A DNA stretch of 64,000 nucleotides from Candidatus Omnitrophota bacterium (GTDB taxonomy: Bacteria > Omnitrophota > Gorgyraeia > JAGLLT01). The notes under the pieces were generated by a model, which saw nothing but the letters and a program-made list of their open reading frames with translations, did not search any database and was not told where the DNA came from. The stretch spans positions 142,289 through 206,288 of the forward strand of contig DAOVJY010000001.1 of assembly GCA_030632085.1 (NCBI GenBank). Direction: 5' to 3'. Made by a program: the position numbers and the translations under genes. The first letter of the stretch is position 1, and the number at the start of each line of letters is the position of its first letter. Below are positions 19,399-27,713 of the stretch, one piece after another.

Positions 19399-20672
19399 TT
19401 TATTTCTCCCGGGTGTGTTATATGGCCTGTAATAGCTGAAGCCGCGGCTACGGCCGGATTTGATAAATAAACCTGGCTTTCTACATGCCCCATACGGCCG
19501 ACAAAGTTTCTATTGGTTGTAGCCAGGGCCACCTCACCCTTATCCAAAATACCGCAATGGCCGCCTAAACAGGGCCCGCAGGTAGGCATGGTAAAGACGC
19601 CGCCGGACCTAACAAAAATATCAACCAGGCCTTCTTTTATGGCCTCTAAATATATCTTCTGGGTTGCGGGAATAACTATTAAACGCATCCCCTTTTGAAC
19701 CTTTTTACCTTTTAAGATACCGGCCGCTTCTCTTAAATCACTTATCCTGCCGTTTGTACAAGAACCGATTACAACCTGGTCTAATTTAATCTTATTTAAC
19801 TTATTAACCGCTTTAACGTTTGAAGGCAGATGCGGACAGGCAACCTGCGGCTGCATATCCGAAAAGTCATATTCTAAAACCTCGCTATAAACAGCGTCTT
19901 TATCGCTCTTATAAAACTCAATATCTCTTTTGATACCGTTTTCTTTCATGCGTTCTTTGACATATTCTTTAGTTATTTCATCGGCAGTTATTATACCGTT
20001 TTTACCTCCGGCCTCAATTGCCATATTACACATGGTAAAACGGCCGTCCATGGACAGCTGTTCTATTACGGGGCCGGTAAACTCCATAGCTTTATATATA
20101 GCACCGTCAACACCTATTTGACCAATAGTGTATAAAATCAAATCTTTACCGCTAACCCATTTATTTAATTTACCTTTATAAATAAACTTAATTGTCTCCG
20201 GCACTTTAAACCAGACTCTTCCGGTCGCAAACGCGAATGCCAGGTCGGTTGAACCGACTCCGGTAGAAAACGCCCCCAGAGCCCCATAAGTACAGGTATG
20301 TGAGTCAGCTCCAATTACTAAATCTCCGGGTAAGACTAAACCCTTCTCAGGCAATAAAGCATGCTCGATACCCACTTGCCCAAGTTCAAAGTAGTTGGTT
20401 ATCTGATGCTTATCCGCAAACTCCTTTAACTTTTTACAGTTGGCGGCACTTTGCTGATCCTTTGCCGGTGTAAAGTGATCAGGCACTAAGGCAATCTTAT
20501 CTCTACTAAAGACTTTCTTAACTTTAGCCTTCTCAAACTCATTAATGGCAACCGGTGCGGTAATATCATTACCCAGGCATAAGTCTATCTTGGCGTCAAT
20601 AAACTCACCCGGTGCGATTGATTTCTTATTAGTGTGATTCAATAATATTTTTTCTGTTATTGTATAACCCAT
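19395..20672 (-). CDS. leuC: 3-isopropylmalate dehydratase large subunit
   Basis: [26 protein letters not shown]. Confidence 0.95.
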   Translation of the reverse strand: MGYTITEKILLNHTNKKSIAPGEFIDAKIDLCLGNDITAPVAINEFEKAKVKKVFSRDKIALVPDHFTPAKDQQSAANCKKLKEFADKHQITNYFELGQVGIEHALLPEKGLVLPGDLVIGADSHTCTYGALGAFSTGVGSTDLAFAFATGRVWFKVPETIKFIYKGKLNKWVSGKDLILYTIGQIGVDGAIYKAMEFTGPVIEQLSMDGRFTMCNMAIEAGGKNGIITADEITKEYVKERMKENGIKRDIEFYKSDKDAVYSEVLEYDFSDMQPQVACPHLPSNVKAVNKLNKIKLDQVVIGSCTNGRISDLREAAGILKGKKVQKGMRLIVIPATQKIYLEAIKEGLVDIFVRSGGVFTMPTCGPCLGGHCGILDKGEVALATTNRNFVGRMGHVESQVYLSNPAVAAASAITGHITHPGEIK

Positions 20673-20689
20673 CTTTTTCCTTATATTTA

Positions 20690-21097
20690 TTATAGAATGA
20701 TTTCTATAGCGTGATATGGACAGATGTCAACGCAGAGCCCGCAGGCAATGCATTTACTCTTATCAAAGGTAACGGTCATCTTCTCTCTATTGACGCTAAA
20801 CGCTTTGGTAGGACAGATTCCAACACATGCCGTGCAGTGAATGCACTTCTTCTTATCCCATTTAATATCACTGGTTAACGATTGAGTATTAGCACCTATC
20901 TCATGTAAATACTTAAGGCCTTTCTCAAGGTCTTCTTTTTTACCTGTAAGCTCAACCACTAAAAGGCCTTCTTCGTTAGGCATTACTCTGGCCTTCATGA
21001 TGTTGACTATCAGGTTATAATCCTTTACCAGGTGATATGTTATGGGTTTTTCAACTAATTGATGCGGAAAAGTTATAACTACTCTTTTCTTGACCAT
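20690..21097 (-). CDS. NIL domain + 2x[4Fe-4S] ferredoxin protein
   Basis: [11 protein letters not shown]-like; two CxxCxxCxxxCP. Confidence 0.88.
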   Translation of the reverse strand: MVKKRVVITFPHQLVEKPITYHLVKDYNLIVNIMKARVMPNEEGLLVVELTGKKEDLEKGLKYLHEIGANTQSLTSDIKWDKKKCIHCTACVGICPTKAFSVNREKMTVTFDKSKCIACGLCVDICPYHAIEIIL

Positions 21098-21138
21098 ATT
21101 TTCTCCTTAAAATTACGAGTTTATTATACACAGATTAG

Positions 21139-21218
21139 GAATTATTGGCAAGCTTTTTTAGAGAAAATAGTTGGATTGCGGCTAGGGCGCCTGAGCACCG
21201 CGTACCACTTCGTAGGTG
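21139..21218 (+). repeat. ~80 bp direct repeat (copy 1; copy 2 at 22622-22699)
   Basis: GAATTATTG.C.AGCTTTTTTAGA.AAAA..GTT.GATTGCGGCTAG...GCACC..GTACCA.TTCGTAGGTG in both. Confidence 0.8.
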
Positions 21219-21233
21219 GAAATAGATTTTAGG

Positions 21234-21314
21234 TTGAATATTCAGCATATCTTATGTATAATATATATAGTTTAAAAAAGCTTTAAAAGAAAGCTTAGTT
21301 ACTAATTGGCAGAT
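21234..21314 (+). promoter_or_regulatory. Promoter + degenerate attI-like leader
   Basis: TTGAAT-ATTCAGCATATCTTATG-TATAAT nearly identical to 22132; ends ACTAATT-GGCAGAT. Confidence 0.6.
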
Positions 21315-21351
21315 GGAAAAAAGATAAAATTTCAGAAAGTGTTCTAATTAT

Positions 21352-21621
21352 ATGATTACTGAATCTGATAAAAAAACAATTGAGGAAATATCTAAGCGAT
21401 ATCACGTAAAGCGTGTGATGATATTTGGGTCAAGCTTATCTTCATCCGAGGAAAGCCGCGATATTGATATTGCCGTGGAAGGAATTCCTTCGAAGGATTT
21501 CTATCGTTATTATGGAGATCTTATATTCGCTCTGTCAAAACCAGTGGATATTGTTGACCTTTCAGGTACATCAAAATTTTCAAAACTAATTAGGCAGGAG
21601 GGTACATTCCTCTATGGCTGA
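21352..21621 (+). CDS. MNT (MntA-like) nucleotidyltransferase antitoxin
   Basis: FGS-x9-DID, KPVDIV. Confidence 0.88.
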   Translation: MITESDKKTIEEISKRYHVKRVMIFGSSLSSSEESRDIDIAVEGIPSKDFYRYYGDLIFALSKPVDIVDLSGTSKFSKLIRQEGTFLYG

Positions 21622-22029
21622 TTATAAAATACGTATTGAAGCTGAATATGAATCTATTGAAAAAACTATTTCTTCTCTTCCCGAAATACCTTTATCGCAA
21701 CTTTCAGAGCTAGAACTTGCCGGAGTAGCAGCCTTGCTCCATAATTTTATAATGGTATCGAAAATGTTCTAAAACAGGTATTTCAGAAATCAGGGTTCCA
21801 AATACCTCAAGGGGCATCCTGGCATAGAGATTTACTTCTTGAAGCTGTAGATAAAAAGATTATTTCTACCTTGCTTATGGATAATTTAAAACGTTTTTTG
21901 GCTTTCCGGCATTTTTTTGGACACGCGTATGCTTTAGATCTTTTTCCAGAGAGAATGGAACCTCTCGTTTCAGATTCCTCGAATGTATTCAAACAGTTTA
22001 AATCTGAAGTAAATAAAGCAATAGACTAG
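21614..22029 (+). pseudogene. HEPN (HepT-like) toxin, frameshifted
   Basis: MADYKIRI...LHNF|YNGIEN...SWHRDLL...FRHFFGHAY; one T missing at ~21748 (CATAATTTTATAATGG). Confidence 0.8.
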
Positions 22030-22042
22030 CAAACTATAAATA

Positions 22043-22061
22043 AAAGGTGTCTGTCCCCTTT
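22043..22061 (+). repeat. REP-like palindrome type A
   Basis: AAAGGTGTCTGTCCCCTTT. Confidence 0.85.
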
Positions 22062-22131
22062 AAACCCTTTAAAAGAGTAAATCACCTTCATTTGGTATAT
22101 ATTCAGGCTTACTTAAATCAAACGCATAAGT

Positions 22132-22216
22132 TTGAATATTCAGCGTATTTTATGTATAATATATGTATACCGTTAAAGTTCCTTAAAAAACGAAGTTTGT
22201 ATATTTATTGTTAGGA
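22132..22216 (+). promoter_or_regulatory. Promoter + attI-like site
   Basis: TTGAAT-17-TATAAT...GTTCCTTAAAAAACGAAGTTTGTATATTTATT-GTTAGGA. Confidence 0.72.
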
Positions 22217-22227
22217 GAAAAAAGAGA

Positions 22228-22494
22228 GTGACTAAAAAACTACAGATGGTATTAAGCAGATTGTTATTGGTTTGCGCTTTGTTAGTTTTGGCAGTTGTCT
22301 TCCATATGGTTCTTGTGGTTCCCAAAGCTATGTCGCAGGCAAGTGACATGGCAAGACAGCTTTCGGCTCCCGAGAAGTTCGTCTACAACCTTAGCGGCAT
22401 ATGCATCACATACTGGATTCTTATCATCCCGATTCTTGTTTTCATCGTAATTGGAGCAATAATCTGGGTGATGGTTTCGAGAATTGAAACATAG
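22228..22494 (+). CDS. Small 2-TM hypothetical cassette protein
   Basis: Between attI-like core and attC; two hydrophobic helices. Confidence 0.7.
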   Translation: MTKKLQMVLSRLLLVCALLVLAVVFHMVLVVPKAMSQASDMARQLSAPEKFVYNLSGICITYWILIIPILVFIVIGAIIWVMVSRIET

Positions 22495-22502
22495 AAGAAT
22501 TC

Positions 22503-22563
22503 CGCTAACAACGCGCCGCAACAGATTCCGAAATGACGGAACCGCTGAGTTCAAACGCAAAAT
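22503..22563 (+). mobile_element. attC site with lost R' core
   Basis: CGCTAAC-AACGC-GCCGCAACAGATTCCG-AAATGA-CGGAACCGCTGAGT-TCAAAC-GCAAAAT. Confidence 0.65.
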
Positions 22564-22721
22564 AATAAATAATATAGAAACGTACTATACGCTTAAAATC
22601 ATAGTATATATTTTTTATGTAGAATTATTGCGAGCTTTTTTAGATAAAACGTTAGATTGCGGCTAGATATCCTCCGCACCCTGTACCATTTCGTAGGTGT
22701 TATTAGAATGACAAATAAATA

Positions 22722-22740
22722 AAAGGTGTCTGTCCCCTTT
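22722..22740 (+). repeat. REP-like palindrome type A
   Basis: AAAGGTGTCTGTCCCCTTT. Confidence 0.85.
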
Positions 22741-22812
22741 TCCCTTTTTCTTTTTATTGGAAAATATTTATTTTTAAGAAAAAAGGTTCTGGGTATTTTT
22801 TACCTTCATTTA

Positions 22813-23517
22813 TTATTGGAGGCGAACCCTCAACATTTCGTTTCCGCCTTTTTGAAATTCGTAAGGTACTTTCTTTATATCGACCACAAAACCGCCTTTT
22901 TCAAGTCTATCTACGACTGTCTCGAGATGTCTTGATTTTTTGGCTCCCAACTCCAACAGGGGAAATATCCTTACCTCAGATGCAACCCGACAAAGTTCTT
23001 CTATTGACTGAATATGAAAATCTTCTGAAAGGTGCTCGCTGTAGAGAAAGAGAAAGTGAGAACATAAGGCAATGTCAAATTCTCGAGCTTTGAATGGAAG
23101 TGTGGGCAAACTCGCGTCTACATAACGACCTTCCTTTAAACCTGCCACATAATCGGATAAGAAGTTGTTCATAGCAGCCATACGAACTTTGCCGAGTTCC
23201 TTAACTGATGAAATATGTCTCCACACAAACTCATTTTTGTTCTTTCTGGTCTGTTCCATGATCTCTTCATATGTTTCATCCATTCGATTTCTTATTTCAT
23301 CTGCACTGAAACGGTAAATCGGATCAACAGAAACTACATGGCCTCCACGATGTTTCATCATGCAATTAAAGCTTGCGGGACCGTCGCAACATCCCAGAAA
23401 CCGCTTCCTAAGCTCTTTTTTCGCTAAGGCAAACATTGCCAAATATTCGTTGAAGGATCGTCCCCAAGGAACTACTTTTTCCAAAGTGAAAGCCATCTTG
23501 CTTTTCCTATTTGCCAT
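22813..23517 (-). CDS. SAM-dependent methyltransferase (cassette)
   Basis: WGRSFNEY, GCCDGPASF, SVDPIY, FDIALCSHFLFLY. Confidence 0.85.
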   Translation of the reverse strand: MANRKSKMAFTLEKVVPWGRSFNEYLAMFALAKKELRKRFLGCCDGPASFNCMMKHRGGHVVSVDPIYRFSADEIRNRMDETYEEIMEQTRKNKNEFVWRHISSVKELGKVRMAAMNNFLSDYVAGLKEGRYVDASLPTLPFKAREFDIALCSHFLFLYSEHLSEDFHIQSIEELCRVASEVRIFPLLELGAKKSRHLETVVDRLEKGGFVVDIKKVPYEFQKGGNEMLRVRLQ

Positions 23518-23590
23518 ATAACGGTTGAAATCACCTGCTTGAAAAATCGCACAGCGATTATTTCAAGTCAGGTGCATTGATTTGTTAGAT
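23516..23590 (-). mobile_element. attC site (canonical)
   Basis: ATCTAAC-AAATC-AATGCACCTGACTTGAAA...TTTCAAGCAGGTGATT-TCAACC-GTTATAT; upstream stop codon lies within R''. Confidence 0.9.
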
Positions 23591-24121
23591 GTCCCCTTTT
23601 AATTTTGTTTTATACAATAGACAACAATCCCATTCATCCAAAGAATAAACAGACATGCAGTCCAAGATAAATTCTTCCTTTGGAAAAGAACTGCCAAGAA
23701 GTTCTTCCATTGTTTTTTCAGAACCATCTGTGAATCTTGCAATTGAACAATGCGGAGTATAATGATGTGGGTTGTTATTAAATCTGAGATTTGTATCGAT
23801 TATCTTTTTCTGAAGCAATGAAAATGGTTTTAAAACTCTTGGCTCCAAATAGCACATTTTAGTATTTGGGAAATGAGTAATTCTTGAAAAAGCAGTTTTA
23901 ATAGGTGAAAAATTCTGTGCAATTTGTTCTAAGGTTTCGAAAACAAATGATGGTTTTTGATCATTTTTAAGTATTCCAACTCCAGATGACCCAATAATTG
24001 TTATTTCAACAGGAATTACTGTGCGTTGTTTCTCATATTGCATGCGAAGTGCCATAACCTTACTAGATACTGGTTCAGGTATATCTAAAACAACATATGT
24101 ATCGTGTTCAAATTTTTCCAT
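23585..24121 (-). CDS. 2H phosphoesterase / 2'-5' RNA ligase-family protein (cassette)
   Basis: PVEITI..SSGVG and YTPHCSI motifs. Confidence 0.7.
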   Translation of the reverse strand: MEKFEHDTYVVLDIPEPVSSKVMALRMQYEKQRTVIPVEITIIGSSGVGILKNDQKPSFVFETLEQIAQNFSPIKTAFSRITHFPNTKMCYLEPRVLKPFSLLQKKIIDTNLRFNNNPHHYTPHCSIARFTDGSEKTMEELLGSSFPKEEFILDCMSVYSLDEWDCCLLYKTKLKGDI

Positions 24122-24130
24122 ATCTTTTGC

Positions 24131-24216
24131 ACCTAACAATTAATATACGAACTTCGTTTTTTAAGGAATTTTAATATCTATGTCAATATTATACGCTGGT
24201 AGTGAGCAAGTTTCAA
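24131..24216 (-). promoter_or_regulatory. Promoter + attI-like site
   Basis: TTGAAA-17-TATAAT...TTCCTTAAAAAACGAAGTTCGTATATTAATT-GTTAGGT. Confidence 0.75.
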
Positions 24217-24238
24217 GCTGAAATCCTATATTCTATTT

Positions 24239-24414
24239 CGTAATTTGTCTATGATATGCAGAGGATGTTGTTCGAGGTTAAACCTCGAACATACCTTGAA
24301 CATGAGTTTAGGATAAAATATTGTATCACCGCGGCGGTGATATTAAGGGAATTAGGTTTGAGTTTGGGTTTGGGTAGTTGGAAGGTCTAAACTAAAAAGG
24401 GAGTTGACCCCTTT
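24239..24414 (+). repeat. Composite multi-hairpin element (copy 1; copy 2 at 24981-25154) ending in REP type B
   Basis: Shared CGTAATTT..CTATGATATGCAGAG, CGAGG-n5-CCTCG hairpin, ATTAGGTTTGAGTTTGG, AAGGTCTAAACTAAAAAGGGAGTTGACCCCTTTT. Confidence 0.8.
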
Positions 24415-24448
24415 TCCTTTTTACCCCTTTTCCTTTTTCTTTTCCTTT

Positions 24449-24847
24449 TTATGAATTTTCGACTTTCTTTTTGTTGGGTAAAAATCCAGAAATAACCCAG
24501 AGGATACCCAAGTACGAGATTACAGGAATAATTCCAAGCCCAAAAAACTCTGTCCAGCTTTGGCTCTTGCCCCGATAACTGCGATATGGTTCCAAGGCAA
24601 CAAAGAAACCCGCTACCCATAAAACTGAAATGAGCACAACGAGACGAATAGCGCCTTTGTTTCCTCTAATAATATGACCGCCAAGATAACTTAGGCCAAA
24701 TGACCCAATGGCTATGCCAGCTGTAATGGCAGAAATAAAACCCCAATCTTCAGATGAAGGTGGAGATCCAATCGCACTCACAATACCCACATAAATAATC
24801 CAGACAACTAAACAAGTGCCACAAATCCAAAAACTAATCTTTATCAT
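24449..24847 (-). CDS. Hypothetical membrane protein (~4 TM)
   Basis: Hydrophobic ORF with RBS AAGGA. Confidence 0.7.
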   Translation of the reverse strand: MIKISFWICGTCLVVWIIYVGIVSAIGSPPSSEDWGFISAITAGIAIGSFGLSYLGGHIIRGNKGAIRLVVLISVLWVAGFFVALEPYRSYRGKSQSWTEFFGLGIIPVISYLGILWVISGFLPNKKKVENS

Positions 24848-24906
24848 TAAATATATCCTTTCACTTTCTCATACCAACTAATATAAGTATTTTTTAAACA
24901 ACCCCC

Positions 24907-24941
24907 TCATGCCGCTACCAGATGCCCTGGCTCATGTTCTC
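24907..24941 (-). repeat. Displaced oppF 3' end copy (EHEPGHLVAA*)
   Basis: Homologous in frame to 27714-27748. Confidence 0.6.
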
Positions 24942-24946
24942 TCATA

Positions 24947-24965
24947 AAAGGTGTCTGTCCCCTTT
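24947..24965 (+). repeat. REP-like palindrome type A
   Basis: AAAGGTGTCTGTCCCCTTT. Confidence 0.85.
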
Positions 24966-25236
24966 AAACCCCCTTTAAACCGTAATTTACCTATGATATG
25001 CAGAGTACGTTGTCCGAGGCTTAGCCTCGGACATAAAATAGCCTCGGAGGTGGTATGTGGGGATTAGGTTTGAGTTTGGATATTTGGTATGTTCTATGTA
25101 TAATGTATATCGGTGGGATTAAAGGTCTAAACTAAAAAGGGAGTTGACCCCTTTTTAATAGCTTTTCATTAAAAGCATTTTGTTCGTTTGCAAGAAAATC
25201 ATGCAATTTAGTCATAGTTTATAGATAATTTTCATA

Positions 25237-25318
25237 TAGCAACTTCTATTTATATTTATTTACAAGCAATTATAACATCATACGTAAGTATTATACACTA
25301 GCAGTAAATTAGTTTCAA
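25237..25318 (-). promoter_or_regulatory. Promoter + degenerate attI-like leader
   Basis: TTGAAA-17-TATAAT...AAATAGAA-GTTGCTA followed by a truncated ORF. Confidence 0.5.
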
Positions 25319-25328
25319 CCCCAAAAAA

Positions 25329-25363
25329 TCACACCTTCGCCAGATGCTCTATCTCATGCTCTC
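25329..25363 (-). repeat. Displaced oppF 3' end copy (EHEIEHLAKV*)
   Basis: TCACACCTTCGCCAGATG identical to 27714-27731. Confidence 0.8.
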
Positions 25364-25388
25364 GAAAAAAAGAAAAAAAGTATGATCA

Positions 25389-25407
25389 AAAGGTGTCTGT
25401 CCTCTTT
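25389..25407 (+). repeat. REP-like palindrome type A (1 mismatch)
   Basis: AAAGGTGTCTGTCCTCTTT. Confidence 0.8.
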
Positions 25408-25460
25408 TTTCACTACTACTCTTCCTATTCTTGGCATATATAGCTATTGCTATTTAATGT

Positions 25461-26369
25461 TTAGAATGTCAATAAATAGTCGCTGTCCCTATTTAAAAAT
25501 ACAGGGGATTTGAGTGCGCGCACAGAATCAACAAAATCTATTTCATCACAAAAAACAAGTAGCTCATTCCCAATCCTATTAGATGTAGATTGAGAAAGTT
25601 TATGTATAAGTTTGCTTTCTTTTGCATATAGATTCAAAATAAATTTATGTGTGTCATATGAAACTATCCATTTCTTGCGTAATTGATGGACTTTTTCAGA
25701 AAGTCTTTTATGATCTTCTTTTGAATAGAAATTCATATAGAGATTTGCACCTTGCTGACAATAAGGAGGATCTAAGTAAATAAATGTTTCTTCTTTTCTC
25801 TTATCAAGTTGTTTGATAAATTGAATGCCGTCAAAATTTGAAACTGAAATACGACTCTTAACAGTTTCCAATTTATGTATTCTATCAATTAAGTTCCGCT
25901 TATTAAATCTTGCATCAATTTTATATTTACCTCTCTGTTTAAGTCCGCCGATAGCACCACCTTTTATTATCCCAGAAATATTTGTTCTATTGAGAAAAAA
26001 AGTCGATTTGGCAAGTTCAAATAAACTAACATCATTGGCTTGTTTTTGAATATTTTTATACTTTTGCCAATTGCGCATACTAACCTTAACATTTTTAATC
26101 CAATCACAAAATTCATCTGGATAATCAATTACTGTTTTCCAAAAAGCATATATAGATATATCAAGGTCGTTTATATAAATATGATTTACATAACCTTCAA
26201 ATAACAATCTAAGTGCCAATCCTGCCCCACCTGCATATGGTTCTGCATAATTTATCCCAATTAAATGGTTTTCATAAAACAATCGGGATATAAATGGAAA
26301 TATACAATTCTTCCCTCCCGGATATCTCAATGGGGAATAAAACCTAGTCATATTACTTATCCTTTTCAT
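25461..26369 (-). CDS. Dam-like (D12 class) DNA adenine methyltransferase
   Basis: SPLRYPGGK, EPYAGG, INDLD, YLDPPY. Confidence 0.92.
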   Translation of the reverse strand: MKRISNMTRFYSPLRYPGGKNCIFPFISRLFYENHLIGINYAEPYAGGAGLALRLLFEGYVNHIYINDLDISIYAFWKTVIDYPDEFCDWIKNVKVSMRNWQKYKNIQKQANDVSLFELAKSTFFLNRTNISGIIKGGAIGGLKQRGKYKIDARFNKRNLIDRIHKLETVKSRISVSNFDGIQFIKQLDKRKEETFIYLDPPYCQQGANLYMNFYSKEDHKRLSEKVHQLRKKWIVSYDTHKFILNLYAKESKLIHKLSQSTSNRIGNELLVFCDEIDFVDSVRALKSPVFLNRDSDYLLTF

Positions 26370-27597
26370 GAGTAATGCTTAATATTGCTCCAATAATTAA
26401 TGATATAGCTATAGTTTGATCAAGATTAGTTGATGATTCATAAGAATGCGCACCTGTTTGAAGCAATTGAACAATGCTTTTTTTTGTAACATTTTGATTA
26501 GCTAGTGTAGTTTTAGCATCTATATTAAGTGCTTTTTTCGCATCGTTAAAATATTTAATCAAATACTTGCCAGTCACCATCCTTTTGTCCTTAGCTGCAG
26601 TTTCACATAATAAGCGTAAAGACATTCTGATTATAGCTGGAAACATTTGTGATAAGCGCTTTTTTTCAGTAATATAAAATTCATACAAATCTACTATATC
26701 TCTATAAAAATTACTAGTATTTCCTGGATTCAAATAAAGATGACCTCCAAAAAGATCAGTTTTTTTATATGTTCTCTTTGTGCGCCTTTTATCTTTTATT
26801 ATACTAGTTAATTTCTTAAATTTTATTTTAGACAGATGAAATTTATTTTTTTTATTTTTATCAATTGATGCCTGGTTTGATGGCATCAATTTTTCGACAA
26901 TTTTCCCTCTATTTTTTCTTGTTGTTATTATCTTTTCAGCAATTTTTCTTGAAACATCAGAAAGAATAGCATGCGCTTTCTTATTACTGTGTTTGCTATA
27001 TAGTTTTCCATCTCTAAATTGAAATCCCATATTTTTTAATATGTCTTCTCTAAATACCTCTTCCTTAACAAAGCGCTGATTCAAATGCGGGTTTAAACTA
27101 ATAATACCTGTATTTTCATCCAATATAAGAAATATGCTTTTCTTTTTATTCATAAATTTGTGCACGAAAATATCTCTCTCAAGTGATTGCCAAGAACCAG
27201 TATCACTATGTTTTCGATAGATATTCTTTATAGCTATGCTCTCTGAGCATACATTACAAGGTATTTTTTCTGGAAATTCAGGAATTTTAACTTTCGATTT
27301 TGTTGGATCAATAGCTAAGCCGTGCTTGATTTTCCCTAGTATAATTCTTCTATTACCATCATATACAATGGGTCTTTTATCATGATATACCACAGTGGGA
27401 ATTTCACTAAAATCATAATAACTCCCCATCTCTTTTGCCAATTTTGCTAATGACCATTTTCCAAGAGGGTCTTGAAATGCCTTGTTTACAATGGCCTGAT
27501 CCACTGCATCTTTATTAATGGGGTCTCTGGGGTTTTCAGTCCACAAAACTAAATCTTTAATATTTATATATTCAATTTTCTGACTCATGATTAGCAT
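26353..27597 (-). CDS. ParB/Srx-like N-terminal domain protein with possible C-terminal HEPN-like domain
   Basis: ENPR, VYDGNRR; C-terminal SLRLLCE...LQTGAH. Confidence 0.65.
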   Translation of the reverse strand: MLIMSQKIEYINIKDLVLWTENPRDPINKDAVDQAIVNKAFQDPLGKWSLAKLAKEMGSYYDFSEIPTVVYHDKRPIVYDGNRRIILGKIKHGLAIDPTKSKVKIPEFPEKIPCNVCSESIAIKNIYRKHSDTGSWQSLERDIFVHKFMNKKKSIFLILDENTGIISLNPHLNQRFVKEEVFREDILKNMGFQFRDGKLYSKHSNKKAHAILSDVSRKIAEKIITTRKNRGKIVEKLMPSNQASIDKNKKNKFHLSKIKFKKLTSIIKDKRRTKRTYKKTDLFGGHLYLNPGNTSNFYRDIVDLYEFYITEKKRLSQMFPAIIRMSLRLLCETAAKDKRMVTGKYLIKYFNDAKKALNIDAKTTLANQNVTKKSIVQLLQTGAHSYESSTNLDQTIAISLIIGAILSITHEKDK

Positions 27598-27713
27598 ACC
27601 TCATTTTTTTACTTCATATTATATGTAACATTATGATAGAACTGAAGACGAACAATGCATTAATTAACATTATATATCACTTATAAATTTGATTCAATAT
27701 AACTTTTACCATC

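Noticed and set aside
22282-22935. ORFs 22282-22560, 22484-22666, 22726-22935
   Set aside because: Overlap attC/REP or are antisense to real genes
23589-23602. ATGTCCCCTTTTAA partial REP match
   Set aside because: Within coding sequence (LKGDI*) and only half the motif; possibly coincidental
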